A DNA stretch of 64,000 bases, from positions 134 through 64,133 of the forward strand of contig JBEKDI010000058.1 of NCBI GenBank assembly GCA_050014435.1, in the 5' to 3' direction. Both the position numbers and the translations under genes were made by a program. Source of the stretch: Verrucomicrobiota bacterium (GTDB taxonomy: Bacteria > Verrucomicrobiota > Verrucomicrobiia > Limisphaerales > Palsa-1400). Positions 46,704 to 57,100 of this stretch are shown in pieces (the stretch's first letter is position 1; each line of letters starts with the position of its first letter). The notes below the pieces were generated by a model. It saw only the letters and a program-made list of their open reading frames with translations. It did no database searches and was not told where the DNA came from.

Positions 46704-49139
46704 TCACTTATTTCCCGGCCAGGTCCAACCATCCATTTCCGGCTTGTCTATGCCGTTCTCATAGGCGTAGGCCTGGCATTCGAGTTGCATGATGCGCAGC
46801 TTTTCCTTTGCGTGAGCGCCGGATGCGCGGAGGGCTGGCACCCGATCAATTGCGTCCATCGCGATGGTGAAGCGATCAATCTGGTTTCGGATAGCCAGGT
46901 CAAGCGGAGTATTGATGTTGCCTTTCTCTTTGTAGCCGCGCACATGCAGGTTCTTGTGATTCGTGCGCCGATAAGTAAGCCGGTGAATCAACCAGGGATA
47001 ACCGTGGAAGTTGAAGATGATGGGTTTGTCCTCGGTGAACAGTGTATCGAAGTCCCGGTCAGACAGACCGTGCGGATGCTCGCTTGACGGGGTAAGCCGG
47101 AAGAGATCAACCACATTGATGAACCGGATCTTGAGGTTGGTGAAGTGCTCGCGCAATAGCATGACGGCCGCGAGCGATTCCTTCGTGGGGATGTCTCCGG
47201 CGGAAGCGATGACCAGATCCGGCTCCGTTCCCTCGTCGTTGCTCGCCTGAGGCCAAATGCCAAGCCCTTTGGTGCAATGAGCAATGGCCTGGTCCATGGT
47301 CATGTATTGGAGATGCTTCTGTTTGTCCGAAACGATCACGTTGATATAATTCGTGCTCTTGAGGCAGTGATCCGCGACGCAGAGGAGCGAGTTGGCATCG
47401 GGCGGCAGGTAGATGCGGCAGACGTCTGGACTCTTGTTCACCACGAGGTCCAGGAAGCCCGGATCCTGATGCGTGAAGCCATTGTGGTCCTGCCGCCAGA
47501 CGGTCGAGGTGATGAGCAGGTTCAACGATGAAACCGGCGCCCGCCACGACAACCCGCGGCAGCTTTCCAACCATTTGGCGTGCTGATTGAACATCGAGTC
47601 AATCACATGGACGAACGACTCGTAGGTGGAGAAAAACCCGTGGCGTCCTGTGAGGAGGTAACCTTCGAGCCAGCCTTCGAGCGTGTGCTCTGAAAGCAGT
47701 TCCATGACACGACCATCGGGCGCCAGTTCGCCACCGTCAGCATCTTCGGGAAGGTAGTCGGCCAGCCACAGTTTCTTGCTGGCTTCATAAATGGCATCCA
47801 GCTTGTTGGAAGCGGTTTCGTCGGGGCCGAAGACGCGGAAGCTCTGCATGTTGTTGCGCATGATGTCCCGCAGGAAGCGTCCCAGGGGCCGCGTGTTCTC
47901 AGCCGTGGTCTGGCCTGGCGCATCCACTTTGACCGCGTATTCCCGAAAATCCGGGAGGCGCAGTGGCTTCCGCAGCAACCCGCCGTTGGCGTGGGGATTG
48001 GCGCTCATGCGCCGGGTGCCTTGGGGTGCAAGGGTTTTAAGTTCCGGAATTAACCGCCCGGTTTTGTCAAACAATTCCTCGGGCCGGTAGCTGCGCAGCC
48101 AATTTTCCAACTGTTTCAAGTGAGCAGGATTTTCACGCACCCCCGCCAGCGGCACTTGGTGCGCGCGCCAAAAGCCTTCGACCTTGTGTCCGTCCACTTC
48201 TTTTGGACCGGTCCAGCCCTTGGGGCTGCGAAGAACGATCATGGGCCAGCGGGCACGGGTAGCCTTGCCGCTGGCGCGGGCTTCTTGCTGAATGCGCCGG
48301 ATTTCGAGCACACAGTTCTCGAGGGTCGCGGCCATTTTTTGATGCATTTCTACCGGGTCATTCCCCTCCACGAAGTAAGGCGTCCACCCATATCCCACAA
48401 ACAGGCTTTCCAATTCATCGTGCGAAATGCGGGAAAGCACGGTGGGATTGTTGATCTTATAGCCGTTGAGCTGCAGGATCGGCAGCACCGCCCCATCCCG
48501 GATCGGGTTCAGGAACTTGTCGGAATGCCACGCGGCGGCCAGTGGGCCGGTTTCGGATTCCCCATCTCCCACCACGACGGCCACCAGCAGGTCGGGATTA
48601 TCGTAGGCCGCGCCAAAGGCGTGTGAGACGCTGTAGCCCAACTCCCCGCCCTCATGCATGGAGCCGGGTGTTTCCGGTGTGCAGTGGCTGCCGATGCCGC
48701 CGGGGAAGGAAAATTCCTTGAAGAACTCGCGCATTCCTGATTCGTCTTCGCCCTTGTTGGGATAAACCTCCGAATAGGTGCCCTCGAGGTAGCTCGGCGC
48801 CAATACGCCTGGAGCCCCGTGCCCCGGGCCGGCCAGGAAGATCGTGTTCAGATCATACTTCTTGATCAGCCGGTTGAGGTGGACATAAATAAAACTCAAA
48901 CCCGGACTTGTGCCCCAATGCCCGAGCAATCGCTGCTTGATGTGCTCCACTTTTAGCGGTTCGCGCAGCAACGGATTCGTCCGTAGATAAATCATCCCGG
49001 CTGCCAAGTAATTGCAAGCCCGCCAATAGGCGCTTATCTTGCTGAGTTCCTCTCCGGACATTGCTGGTGGCGGCGCCGGACGTGCCTCGACGCGCCGAGT
49101 TCTTTTCACATCATCGATTACTGTTGCGGTTTCACTCAT
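46704..49139 (-). CDS. xfp: Xylulose-5-P/fructose-6-P phosphoketolase
   Basis: 811 aa. It has LLGHWGT.PGL, GPGHGAP, EGGELGY and DGPTHQ-like regions typical of Xfp. Confidence 0.95.
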   Translation of the reverse strand: MSETATVIDDVKRTRRVEARPAPPPAMSGEELSKISAYWRACNYLAAGMIYLRTNPLLREPLKVEHIKQRLLGHWGTSPGLSFIYVHLNRLIKKYDLNTIFLAGPGHGAPGVLAPSYLEGTYSEVYPNKGEDESGMREFFKEFSFPGGIGSHCTPETPGSMHEGGELGYSVSHAFGAAYDNPDLLVAVVVGDGESETGPLAAAWHSDKFLNPIRDGAVLPILQLNGYKINNPTVLSRISHDELESLFVGYGWTPYFVEGNDPVEMHQKMAATLENCVLEIRRIQQEARASGKATRARWPMIVLRSPKGWTGPKEVDGHKVEGFWRAHQVPLAGVRENPAHLKQLENWLRSYRPEELFDKTGRLIPELKTLAPQGTRRMSANPHANGGLLRKPLRLPDFREYAVKVDAPGQTTAENTRPLGRFLRDIMRNNMQSFRVFGPDETASNKLDAIYEASKKLWLADYLPEDADGGELAPDGRVMELLSEHTLEGWLEGYLLTGRHGFFSTYESFVHVIDSMFNQHAKWLESCRGLSWRAPVSSLNLLITSTVWRQDHNGFTHQDPGFLDLVVNKSPDVCRIYLPPDANSLLCVADHCLKSTNYINVIVSDKQKHLQYMTMDQAIAHCTKGLGIWPQASNDEGTEPDLVIASAGDIPTKESLAAVMLLREHFTNLKIRFINVVDLFRLTPSSEHPHGLSDRDFDTLFTEDKPIIFNFHGYPWLIHRLTYRRTNHKNLHVRGYKEKGNINTPLDLAIRNQIDRFTIAMDAIDRVPALRASGAHAKEKLRIMQLECQAYAYENGIDKPEMDGWTWPGNK

Positions 49140-49154
49140 ATTGATACTTTCTTG

Positions 49155-50393
49155 TTAAACGGTTTCAGTTGTTAATTCTAATTCTCTGGGTGGAGACTTC
49201 CATCGCGCCTCCGAACGAATCACCCGCCGTGTCTCTCGCAGAATGGTCAAATCCTCCCTGCTTGAAATAACCAGGATCCGCGCCGGAGAATCACCCTGGG
49301 CGACATCAGCGTCCGGCTTGCAGCGCGCGTTGGCGGCGGTGTCGAGTTCCAAACCCAGATGGCCAAGATTTTCGCAGACGAGTTCCCGGACCTGCGCGGA
49401 ATTCTCGCCGACGCCAGCCGTGAAGACCAATCCATCAACCCCACCCAGCGTTGCGGCCATCGCGCCGATAGCTTGCACCAGCCGGTGGACATAGACTTCC
49501 AACGCCTGGCGGGCCGCAGGATGGTCAGGAGCATTCCTCAAGATTTCGCGCATGTCCGAAGAAATCCCCGAAAGGCCGAGCAGGCCGGATTCATAATTCA
49601 AAGCATGCAGGAGCTGTTCAACTGTCAGCCCTTTGTGTTGCATGAGGTAAAGGAGCGCGCCTGGATCAACATTTCCGCTGCGAGTGCCCATGACGACCCC
49701 TTCAAGCGGGGTGAAGCCCATGGACGTTTCTACGCACACGCCGTTGCGGACCGCTGAGACGGACGCGCCATTGCCCAGATGAGCAACCACAACCCGCGCG
49801 CTGCTGCGCCCCAGCATCGCAGCCGCGCGCCTGGAGCAGTAAGCGTGGCTCAAACCGTGAAAGCCGTAACGATAGATTCCCCACTCAGTTGTCCAAGTCC
49901 GGGGTATGGCGTAGGTCCGCGCCGCCGTCGGCAAAGTGGCGTGAAAGGCCGTGTCGAACACTGCTACCTGCGGTGTTGAGGGCAAGACTCTTCCAATAGC
50001 GCTTATGCCCTCGAGACCGGCCCGGTTATGCAGCGGTGCCAGTTCACAGAGTTCATGAATTGCATCTTGAACCTCCGCGGTAATCCTCACGGCTGATGTG
50101 AACCGCGTTCCCCCATGCACGATCCTGTGCCCAACCGCCGCAGGTCCGTCATTGCGCAGCAAGGGCGCGAGGGGGCCAGTGCGGAGGTCTGAAAGGATTC
50201 GTGAAAAGGCCTCGCCATGCTCCCGCAGATGCAATTCCTCCCGAATCTCAGGTTGGCCGGGATATCGGAGCTTGAGCTGCGTTGGCTGGGTCGCCCAATC
50301 AATGCTGCCGTCGGCCAGAAGCAGCTCCTGGTCCGCCTCGAAAAGGCTGAACTTGAGACTGCTGGATCCGGAGTTGCAAACGCCGATTTTCAT
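49155..50393 (-). CDS. ackA: Acetate kinase
   Basis: 412 aa. NSGSSSLKF, VGHRIVHGG, HLGNGAS and GGVDGLVFTAGVGENS are present. Confidence 0.95.
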   Translation of the reverse strand: MKIGVCNSGSSSLKFSLFEADQELLLADGSIDWATQPTQLKLRYPGQPEIREELHLREHGEAFSRILSDLRTGPLAPLLRNDGPAAVGHRIVHGGTRFTSAVRITAEVQDAIHELCELAPLHNRAGLEGISAIGRVLPSTPQVAVFDTAFHATLPTAARTYAIPRTWTTEWGIYRYGFHGLSHAYCSRRAAAMLGRSSARVVVAHLGNGASVSAVRNGVCVETSMGFTPLEGVVMGTRSGNVDPGALLYLMQHKGLTVEQLLHALNYESGLLGLSGISSDMREILRNAPDHPAARQALEVYVHRLVQAIGAMAATLGGVDGLVFTAGVGENSAQVRELVCENLGHLGLELDTAANARCKPDADVAQGDSPARILVISSREDLTILRETRRVIRSEARWKSPPRELELTTETV

Positions 50394-50424
50394 AGATCAT
50401 TTTCAGGAAGCGCCGTCATTGGGG

Positions 50425-51012
50425 TCATGAGATGCCTCTTTTGAAGGATGCGAGCCTCTCTAAAGGAAAGTGCCACGAACGCTTGCGCTGGATGGCTTTC
50501 GGGGCTCCGCGTTTCGCAAAGTCCACCCGGTGGATGTCGTGGACGATGAAGACGCAGCGCTCGTCAACAATACTGGCAAGGCGTGCCAAGTTCTGTGCTT
50601 CGCGCCGCAGAATTTCCACGCAGAGTATCGCCAGATCGCCGTCTCCGGTATGCGCCTTGACTTCGGCCACGCGATAGTCCCTGTCGCGCAAGACTCCGGC
50701 CAATTCTGGTCCTTTAGAGGTGAGGAGAAACACCAGTTGCTTGCCAAAGGCCAGCCGTTGTTCGATGACCATTCCCAAGTAAGTCCCCAGCGCGAACCCC
50801 AGCCCGAAGGCGACAGCATACACGGGCTGATTCATGTTCAGCAGGACCTTGGCGACGGCGCATATGTAGACGACTGCCTCGAAGAACCCGAGAACTGCGG
50901 CGAATGTGCGCCGGCCCTGGATGACCGAGACCATGCGGATGGTGTCCAAGGAAACGTCTGTGATCCGGGCCAGGACGATAAGGCAGAAAGTTATGATTAC
51001 GGTAATGTTCAT
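50425..51012 (-). CDS. UPF0316/DUF2179 membrane protein
   Basis: 195 aa. The N-terminal TM region has RITDVSLDTIRMV, followed by a C-terminal DUF2179-like domain. Confidence 0.75.
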   Translation of the reverse strand: MNITVIITFCLIVLARITDVSLDTIRMVSVIQGRRTFAAVLGFFEAVVYICAVAKVLLNMNQPVYAVAFGLGFALGTYLGMVIEQRLAFGKQLVFLLTSKGPELAGVLRDRDYRVAEVKAHTGDGDLAILCVEILRREAQNLARLASIVDERCVFIVHDIHRVDFAKRGAPKAIQRKRSWHFPLERLASFKRGIS

Positions 51013-51666
51013 TTAGCAATTTGGATTTGTTCCAGTCATGGCATCGGCTATGCGCCCGGCCCTTTGCCACCGGGACAGGTGGTGCGCGGGCCAGGCGTCA
51101 ATGGGCGTGACATCGGGTCCGGGATTGAATGTGCATCGGACGAGGTTTTTGAGATTCAGGATCGAGATGCCTCCCTGCGGCAACCGGAAATGGACCGCAG
51201 GCGCGGAGAACAACATGTGCAGCCTTGGAAGCCGTTCCGCTTCGAATGGCACCTTGATCTTAGCCGCCAGAAATATTCGATTGCCGCCGGTCATTTCTAC
51301 TTCCACGAAGACCATGGCGAATTCGCCTGTCTGTTTCGGGCTTCGGCGTCGCTCCAGCCGCGCCGGGTCGTTCAGATGGCTTCGTTCTCGGAATTCGTCC
51401 TCGGACAACTCGACCACATCCAAGATGTCCGTGGGAGGTTTCCAGAGAGGTAGATCTTCGGCGATAAGGTCAACGCGATTGATCCGCGAAGCGACGAAGG
51501 TCGTCAGGGAGTAATCGCCGGCAATTGTAATGATGTCGCCGGTGAAGACTTTTGTGGACTGGATTCCCTTCAATATGCGAGCTGCCAAGGCCGGATTGTC
51601 CTGAACAAAAGTCTCGATCGAGCCTCCCAGGGTATGAATTAGAATTTTCATGTTGTGAGTTTCCAT
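51013..51666 (-). CDS. Hypothetical protein (first gene of the long minus-strand array)
   Basis: 217 aa with coding-like composition, abutting the next gene without a gap. I recognised no family. An alternative start lies at 51651. Confidence 0.55.
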   Translation of the reverse strand: METHNMKILIHTLGGSIETFVQDNPALAARILKGIQSTKVFTGDIITIAGDYSLTTFVASRINRVDLIAEDLPLWKPPTDILDVVELSEDEFRERSHLNDPARLERRRSPKQTGEFAMVFVEVEMTGGNRIFLAAKIKVPFEAERLPRLHMLFSAPAVHFRLPQGGISILNLKNLVRCTFNPGPDVTPIDAWPAHHLSRWQRAGRIADAMTGTNPNC

Positions 51667-52282
51667 GGTCGTTCAGTTGAACAAGCCTCTGTCCATTCCT
51701 CCCGTAATGCGACGGAACGCTTGCAAGGTTCGCCAAGATTCTTGGCCCACATTCGCTACGACCGTGTTGGCGCTTGGGGCTCGGTTCTTGTTCATATTGT
51801 TGAATGCAATTCGCAAACAAGACCGCGTTACGCAGCTAACATGCCAACTATCTCCGAAAGGCAGAAGATGCTGAGGTTGACAGGCTTACGGCTTAGAACC
51901 GGCTTGCGGGCTGAGACTCGAAACTTCGAAGGTTCGAAAAACGGCATCGATCAGGCAAGGCGTGGCGAAGCGACCTCCGCAAGCCGGAGTTGAGCGTGCG
52001 TCATCTTCCAGCTCTCCAATGCGAAGGCGGCTATTAAGAGCAACAAATAAATTGGCGTTTAGCCGATCATCGTCCAGGGCACAGATAAATCCACGACCTG
52101 ACAAGATGACCGCAGCGAGCGTTTCACTCGCGTCGGGAAATGGGCGCCTGCCTGCATTACACGAAGAATTGGATGAACGATTGTCTGTTTTTCGAGTGTT
52201 CGAAATTCCGAACCTCAGCCCACGAGTCGCTTCTAAGCCGTTACCGCTTGAAAGCCAGCCTGTTCTGCCTTGCCAGGGTAGT

Positions 52283-52298
52283 TGGCACGGCCTCTGCA
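52283..52298 (+). promoter_or_regulatory. Sigma-54 (-24/-12) promoter candidate upstream of the TetR-RND efflux operon
   Basis: The plus strand reads TGGCACG-GCCT-CTGCA with correct GG/GC spacing. It is intergenic, and its -12 GC lies 16 nt upstream of the only plausible TetR start codon (52313). Confidence 0.55.
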
Positions 52299-52312
52299 TA
52301 CGTCGGCGTTGT

Positions 52313-52993
52313 ATGCGAATCGAGCAGAGCAAAAAAGCAGATTGGCCAACCAGCCCAACCGGGTGCCCTTTGGCCGCGCGGAACCGAGTGCTAGAGGTCG
52401 CCTGTAAAATGTTTGCCGAGGCTGGTTTTCACGGAACACACTTTCGGGAGATCTCCAAGCGTGCCGGGACCAATGTGGCTGGGATCTGTTACCACTTCCA
52501 GAGCAAGGAGGGACTTTATCGGGCCGTGATGATGGAGGCTGGCCGGCGGCTTACCGATCGCGACGAGGACTTCCACGCGTCCTGTGCTCATTTGCCGCCT
52601 GAAAAGAGGCTCTTAAGGCTCACCGAGTTGCTCTTGCAACAACTCAGCGCCGAGCGCGCCTGGATTGCCAAGCTTCTGGCCAGGGAATTGATGGACCCAG
52701 CCTGCGGAGCGCACACGTATGTGGCATCCGGGTTGGAGCGGGATTTCGTCTTGCTCCAGGCGGTGATGAGAGATTTGCTCGGTGCCAAGGCCAATAGCGA
52801 AGCTATCCGGCTTCATGCGCTAAGTTTGATTGGTGAATGTGTTCTTTACTGTTTAGCAGGAGAGAACCCGCACCACCCCTTGATTCAGTTAGCCGCAGGT
52901 TTGCCAAATCGAGCGCATTTGGCCCGGTTTCTCACGGAGCGTTCGTTGGCGGTTCTTCAACGAGAACAAACCTTTAGTGGCAATTGCACATGA
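52313..52993 (+). CDS. TetR/AcrR-family transcriptional regulator
   Basis: The HTH region reads RNRVLEVACKMFAEAGFHGTHFREISKRAGTNVAGICYHFQSKEGLY. The start at 52313 is the only Met upstream of the HTH. Confidence 0.85.
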   Translation: MRIEQSKKADWPTSPTGCPLAARNRVLEVACKMFAEAGFHGTHFREISKRAGTNVAGICYHFQSKEGLYRAVMMEAGRRLTDRDEDFHASCAHLPPEKRLLRLTELLLQQLSAERAWIAKLLARELMDPACGAHTYVASGLERDFVLLQAVMRDLLGAKANSEAIRLHALSLIGECVLYCLAGENPHHPLIQLAAGLPNRAHLARFLTERSLAVLQREQTFSGNCT

Positions 52994-54150
52994 AAAATCG
53001 AAGACAGCTTATGATCTACAACATTAATTCAAGGCTCCGCTTGGCGAGAGTCGGATGCAAAGAGCTGACGTTGCTATGTGTGGCGTTGGCGCTCGTCGGA
53101 TGCGGCAAGCCGGCGGCCAGACCGCCCGAGAAATCGTTGGTGCGCACCGCGGTAGTTAAAGCGATGGACAATGTCCGGTCCGACGATGAGGCTTCTTACC
53201 TGGCACTGGTGAAATTTGACCACGAAACGGACCTGAGTTTCAAAGTGGGGGGGATTCTTGTAAGCATCGGTCCTGAGCCCGGCACAGACTGGGATGAGGG
53301 GACTCCGGTGAAAGCCGGGATGGTCTTGGCCGAATTGAAGCAGGCGGATTTCACCAACGCTCTGGTCTCCGCCCGGGCTCACGCAGAACTGGCGGGCAAG
53401 ACTCTCGAACGTTTCCGCAAGCTGCGCGCGACGGATGCCATTTCCCAGCAGGAACTCGATGTTACTGAAGCGGACTGGCAAACTGCCCAGGCCCAACTGG
53501 ACCAGGCGGAGCAAAACCTTCGGGATTCGCGCCTGGTGGCGGCCAAGCATGGAGTAGTGCTGGCACGCTATGTTAATGCGGGGGTAACAGTGGCTCCCGG
53601 CCAGCGCGTGTTACGCTTTGCAGATACCAGCCTCATGTCCGTCGAGTTGGGCTTGCCGGATCGGTTGGTGGGGCAGCTCGCCCCAGGCAAGGAGGTGGAG
53701 GTGGAGGTGTCGGGGTTAGAGGGCCTGCCACCATTTCGAGGCCGCATTTCGGAGGTCGGAGTGGCAGCCAGCACCGAAGGCCGGTTGTTTCGCGTGGTGA
53801 TCAAGGTGCCAAACCCGGACGGGCTGCTGCGCTCAGGTATGACGGCGCGCATCCACGTCGGCGACACCCCCGCAGTGACGCCGGGCACGGTCTGCGTTCC
53901 GCTCTCGGCGCTGGTGACCCTTGCTCCGGATGGCCGTTCGGAAGCGAGTGGCCAGACGCAGATAGGGGTCTTTGTCGTCCAGGATGGCAAGGCGGTGCAG
54001 CGCGCGGTCAAGACCGGCGATATTCTCAAAAGCTCGATTCTCATTACCAAAGGATTGCGAGCGGGCGAGCGGGTCGTCACTTCAGGAGCGAGTTTTCTGT
54101 ATGACGGCGCTCCCATCGAACTCGCTACAGACGGTGTGGCCGCGAAGTAA
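52984..54150 (+). CDS. Efflux RND periplasmic adaptor (MFP) lipoprotein
   Basis: 388 aa with a lipobox (LVGCG) and a coiled-coil hairpin plus barrel pattern. It overlaps the TetR stop by 10 nt. Confidence 0.85.
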   Translation: MHMKNRRQLMIYNINSRLRLARVGCKELTLLCVALALVGCGKPAARPPEKSLVRTAVVKAMDNVRSDDEASYLALVKFDHETDLSFKVGGILVSIGPEPGTDWDEGTPVKAGMVLAELKQADFTNALVSARAHAELAGKTLERFRKLRATDAISQQELDVTEADWQTAQAQLDQAEQNLRDSRLVAAKHGVVLARYVNAGVTVAPGQRVLRFADTSLMSVELGLPDRLVGQLAPGKEVEVEVSGLEGLPPFRGRISEVGVAASTEGRLFRVVIKVPNPDGLLRSGMTARIHVGDTPAVTPGTVCVPLSALVTLAPDGRSEASGQTQIGVFVVQDGKAVQRAVKTGDILKSSILITKGLRAGERVVTSGASFLYDGAPIELATDGVAAK

Positions 54151-54173
54151 GCCCTGAAAGGAGATACTTTCCA

Positions 54174-57100
54174 ATGTCAAAACCAGTCGAAGATAAAGTT
54201 GAGTCCGGTGGTCTGGCGCAGTTTTTTGTCGAGCACCGGGAGGTGAGCTGGCTGGCGCTGATTGCTGTGCTGCTGTGGGGCGGCATAGCCTATACCAGAC
54301 TCGGCCAGCAGGAGGACCCCACCATTCCGCAGCGCACGGCCATGCTGGTCACGCAGTTCCCGGGCGCCACGGCCTCGAAAGTGGAGGAGTTGGTGTCCAA
54401 ACCCATCGAGCGCAAGATCAGCGAGCTTAAGTCCATCGAGGAGATCAAGACCACGTCCCGTCCCGGCATCTCCACGATGACGATCAAGCAAATTCCCGCC
54501 TCCACAGCCACCATTGACCAGGAGTGGGACAAAGTGCGGGCCAAAATTCAGGAGGTGCAGTTGCCCGAGGGCACGCGCACACCATGGCTGAACACGGATT
54601 TCGGCAATACCATCACGTTGCTGTTTGGATTGGTTAGCCCTCCGATCACCGATGCCGAGTGCGTCGCGCGCGCCAATCTGCTGCGCGAGCGCCTGGCCGA
54701 TCTCCGAAAGGGCGCACCCTCCACGAACCATGCCGCCGTGGCGGCGTTCTTGCCATCCATGGATGAGAATTCCATGGAGGTGCTCCGCGGCCGGTTCGAA
54801 ACAGCGGTTCGCGCAGCCGGTTTGGCCAAAGAAGTGAGAACGACTCAAGGCCATTCGTTCATCCTGGTTGACCTGGAAACTGCAGCCCGCAGGGGCGAGC
54901 TGGAGCGATTTCTCGCTGATTTCACCAGAAGGTTCTTCGGCACCGACCGTGAATTGTGGCACCCCGATTTCACTCAGCCGATTTTGCTGATGGGGGACGA
55001 GGACCCGCTGCCGCAAATTCGGGCGTCTGCTCCGCCGCGCTACAGCTATCGCACCCTTGAGTTGCTGGCGCGCGATTTTGAGGATGCGCTCAAGCAAGTG
55101 GAGAGCGTTGGCAAAGTGACCAAGGTCGCCATCGTGCAGGAAGCGGTGTACCTGCTCTTTTCGGATGCCAACCTGGCCGGCTACGGGCTGACGCCCGAGA
55201 TGGTGGCGAGCTCGATTTCCGCGCGCAACGCGGTGATTCCCGGCGGCACCATGCGAACCGAGGGACGCAATTTCCCCGTGCAACTCTCCGGCGAATACAA
55301 AACCGAGAAGGACATGCTCGGCACGGTGGTGGGCATGGGCCGTGGCGGCGCGCCGGTGTATCTGCGCGACATTTTTGAGGTCCGCCGCATGTATGAGTCG
55401 CCTATCCCGTACAAGGTGGATGTCCTCGGGCGGACAGGCAACAACGGGTCGCTGGACACGCGCCGGGCGGTGATGGTCGCCGTCGAGATGCGGGATGGGG
55501 AAATCATTCGCTACTTCAACCGGGACGTGATGAAAGTGGCCAATGAGATGAAAGCCCGCATGCCCGAAGGCCTGGAGTTCCGGGTGCTCTCCGATCAACC
55601 CACTGCCGTCGAACATCGTATCCATCACTTCGTCCGCTGCTTTATCGAGGCGGTGGTGATTGTGATTATTGTGGGCTTGTTCCTGATGGATTGGCGGTCA
55701 GCGCTGGTGCTGGCTACGGCCGTTCCGCTGACCGTTGCCATGACGTTGGTGGGCATGCAACTGCTTCATATTCCCTTGCAACAGATCTCCATTGCCGCGC
55801 TCATCATCGCGCTGGGAATGCTGGTGGATGTGCCGGTGGTGGCTTCGGACGGCATCAACCGCGAACTGCATCTAGGGGAGCCGCGGTTGCGCGCGGCCTG
55901 GTTGGGCCCCTTGCACCTGCGGCACCCGATGGTGTTCGGGACGCTCATCAACATCTTCGCCTTCCTGCCGTTGCTGTTGCTCACCGGGGACAAGGGTGAG
56001 TTTATGAAGAGCCTGCCCATGGTGGTCACCCTGGCTCTGGCGGCTGCCTTCCTCGTCTCGGTCACCTTCACGCCGCTCATCAGCTACTATGTCCTGCGCG
56101 GACAGAAAGGGTTCGATGAGGGCGGAGAAGTAAGGTCGTTTTTCCTGTTCCGGTACGTGGACCAGGCGCTGGCCGCTGTTCTGCCGCACTACCGCGCCGC
56201 GCTCCAAGGCTCTCTCAAGCGCCCCTGGCTGGTCCTGAGCGTGGGCTATTCAGTGCTTGCCCTGAGCTGCCTCCTGGTTCCGTTCCTGGGCGACCAGTTC
56301 TTCCCTCCGGCAGAGCGCAACCAGTTGTTGGTGGATATTGAGTCGCCTTCCACCGACTCGTTAACCAGCCTGAGGGCAACGGTGGATCAAGCGGTGGCGT
56401 TGATCAAACGCCACGAGGAGGTCGTCAGCGCGGCGGTATTTACGGGCGGCACCGCCCCCCGCTTCTACTACAACGTTGAACCGAAGGAACCGGCTAACTA
56501 TCTGGCTCAGATCCTCATTAACACGCGCCACGCGGACGACGTGGAACCCTTGCTCGTCAAATTGCGCCAGGAGCTGGACCAATCAGTTCCCGGCTTGCGC
56601 TGCGTGGTCAAACAGCTCGAACAGGGACCGCCGGTCAAGGAACCCATTCAAATCCGCCTCAGCGGCGAGAACCTTGATAAGCTGCGCCAATTGGCCGACC
56701 AGACCGCAGCCGAATTGCGCGCGGCGGGCGGCTACCATGTGTTCGATGACCTGGGTTTGCGCATGCCCAATATTGAAATCGCCATTGACCAGGACCGCGC
56801 CAATTCGCTGGGCTTGAACAATCAGCAAATCGGCGGGGTGGCCCAAGCCTCCTTTACTGGCTTGAAGCTGTCCGAATTGCGGGAGGGCGACCGGCTCATC
56901 CCGATTCTGGCGCGGGGCCGCATCGAGGACCGCAGCGAGGCGGAAAAGATTCGCGGCCTTTACGCGCCCACCCCGGACGGCAAAGCCGTTCCCTTTGAGA
57001 GTTTCTCGACCATCAAAGTCAAGCCCGAGTTTGTCACCATCCCACACTACAACCAGCTTCGCACCGTGACGGTCAAAGCCTACGCTCCGTTCGGGGAGCT

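Noticed and set aside
51721-51737. TTGGCGAACCTTGCA (minus strand) upstream of the first gene of the long metabolic array.
   Set aside because: The spacer between TGG and TTGCA is 6 nt instead of 8, so it is not a valid -24/-12 arrangement.
54177-55628. A 483-aa ORF antisense to the RND permease. Similar long antisense or overlapping ORFs occur at 29056-29943, 39679-40347, 12440-13192, 50470-51453, 20853-21641, 26526-27368, 2664-3344 and 15540-16208.
   Set aside because: Each lies entirely inside a gene with unmistakable family motifs on the other strand or frame. Their translations are Arg/Gly/Pro/His-rich with no recognisable motifs, as expected for open antisense frames in GC-rich DNA.
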